A DNA stretch of 64,000 nucleotides from an uncultured Verrucomicrobiae bacterium. GTDB taxonomy: Bacteria; Verrucomicrobiota; Verrucomicrobiia; Chthoniobacterales; JAFAMB01. The DNA lies in assembly GCA_963813025.1 (NCBI GenBank), contig CAWEXO010000011.1:384001-448000 (forward strand). Direction: 5' to 3'. The stretch's first letter is position 1; the number at the start of each line of letters is the position of its first letter. Positions 62,861-64,000 of the stretch are shown piece after piece. Below the pieces are notes generated by a model. The model worked only from the letters and a program-made list of their open reading frames with translations, was not told the DNA's origin and searched no databases. Made by a program: the position numbers and the translations under genes.

Positions 62861-63649
62861 TCAGCGGAATTTTCTCAGCGCGACGGAGATGATCTTGCGC
62901 CCTCTCTCTTTTTGCGGCGCTCCGACCCAAACGTAAAAAACGGTGACGACCGACGCTGCGAAAAAAACACGCGTAATCCACCGATGACCATTCGGCGCAT
63001 CCCACGACGCGGTGGCATCAGGCAGTTGGCGCAGAACGGCGGCACGGAGCTTCCGCTCGTCCAGCGGATCGAGATGAGCGTCACTCTTCAGCAACGGCAT
63101 GGCCGGATCGCCAACCCTCATCCCAAAACCCATGGCCCGGGCCGTCGGGCTATCGGCAAAAAGCCGACGTCCGCCAAACGCTCGCTCAACCAGCGAAGTG
63201 CAATCTTCCCCAAAGAACGGTCTTCCTTTGATGCCGTTGAGAAAGTCCACTACCTCCGCGACCACCGCGTCATCGATCCCGCGAAAATCAGCGGCCGGTA
63301 TCGTTACATCCCAGCCGCCGTTGTCACGAGCCTGGAACGTCTCAAGCGGTGTCCAATTCAGACCATCCACAAAATTCTCCCGCGGAGTTCCGAAGAGCTG
63401 TTCGACGACAAATTCGCGGCCGTCCTCCAAAATGACGTGCAGACCGGCATGCATGGCAATGGGCGGACCTCCCGGGTCCCGGCCAATGCCAATCAAACGT
63501 CGATCCAGCATTTCTACGGGCCGGATGATCCAGGATCCCAGCACACTCCTATTATCGCTTTGCAAAATCACACCACGCAGACCGGTGACCGGCGCGGGGC
63601 GGTCCGGCACCGATGGCGGTAATCTCTGCGCATCAAGGAAAGATTCCAT
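62861..63649 (-). CDS. Hypothetical protein with C-terminal TM segment
   Basis: Long ORF; HAGL...EDCTS motifs. Confidence 0.65.
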   Translation of the reverse strand: MESFLDAQRLPPSVPDRPAPVTGLRGVILQSDNRSVLGSWIIRPVEMLDRRLIGIGRDPGGPPIAMHAGLHVILEDGREFVVEQLFGTPRENFVDGLNWTPLETFQARDNGGWDVTIPAADFRGIDDAVVAEVVDFLNGIKGRPFFGEDCTSLVERAFGGRRLFADSPTARAMGFGMRVGDPAMPLLKSDAHLDPLDERKLRAAVLRQLPDATASWDAPNGHRWITRVFFAASVVTVFYVWVGAPQKERGRKIISVALRKFR

Positions 63650-63791
63650 GCTCGCCGACAGATAGACAGAAAACCGGGAAGGTAAAATACGCCACCTTTT
63701 AGAGTACGTTTCTTCGTCGGCGTTTTCACGGATCAGCAACGCCGTTCTCGCGCCAGGCCCATTGGTCATCGGTCATCGATCATCCGCTCTT

Positions 63792-64000
63792 CTATCTCGG
63801 CAGAACGAACTGCAGCACGAACACGACGACCGCGGCAAACAGACAATAGTAGCCAAACCACTGCCAGCGGCCGCGTTCCAACCAGCGAGACAACCAGCGG
63901 AGTGCCACCAAGCCGGCTAGAAAACTCGCGACCATCCCGATAATCGACGGAATGAGTTGAGGCCCAAGTCCACCGGGAGATCCGTTATCGGACAACACGT
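63792..64000 (-). CDS. uppP: Undecaprenyl-diphosphate phosphatase (BacA/UppP), C-terminal part
   Basis: GMVASFLAGLVALRWL...FGYYC C-terminal pattern. Confidence 0.7.
   Translation of the reverse strand, partial: VLSDNGSPGGLGPQLIPSIIGMVASFLAGLVALRWLSRWLERGRWQWFGYYCLFAAVVVFVLQFVLPR

Overview
GC-rich bacterial chromosome segment. Gene content and intergenic repeats suggest a soil verrucomicrobium (Chthoniobacterales-like); this is an inference. The backbone is mostly housekeeping and metabolic genes: LpxL-WaaF fusion, xerD, fmt, adk, Ku, 2-oxoacid:ferredoxin oxidoreductase, pntAB, LptF/G, DinG, lgt, a Ski2-like helicase, bioB and uppP, plus tRNA-Gly(TCC) and tRNA-Cys(GCA). A decayed island follows tRNA-Gly (~4.3-15.7 kb). 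It holds att-like relics including a degenerate tRNA-Cys 3' copy, AKR/AraC pseudogenes, adjoining IS elements and a sugar ABC transporter. Mobile elements are two near-identical IS630 copies, a truncated IS630, an IS5/ISNCY-type element carrying a DUF6788-like Cys/His passenger gene, and an IS110 element whose long structured upstream non-coding region is a bridge-RNA candidate. Intergenic regions contain several REP-like palindrome families and heptamer tandem repeats. A CusR/CopR-like two-component system faces a GNAT gene and a COG4705 gene that share an upstream operator motif. Several single-base frameshifts, including one in lgt, may be assembly errors. No CRISPR array or rRNA was seen. 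All family assignments come from motif recognition, not database searches.
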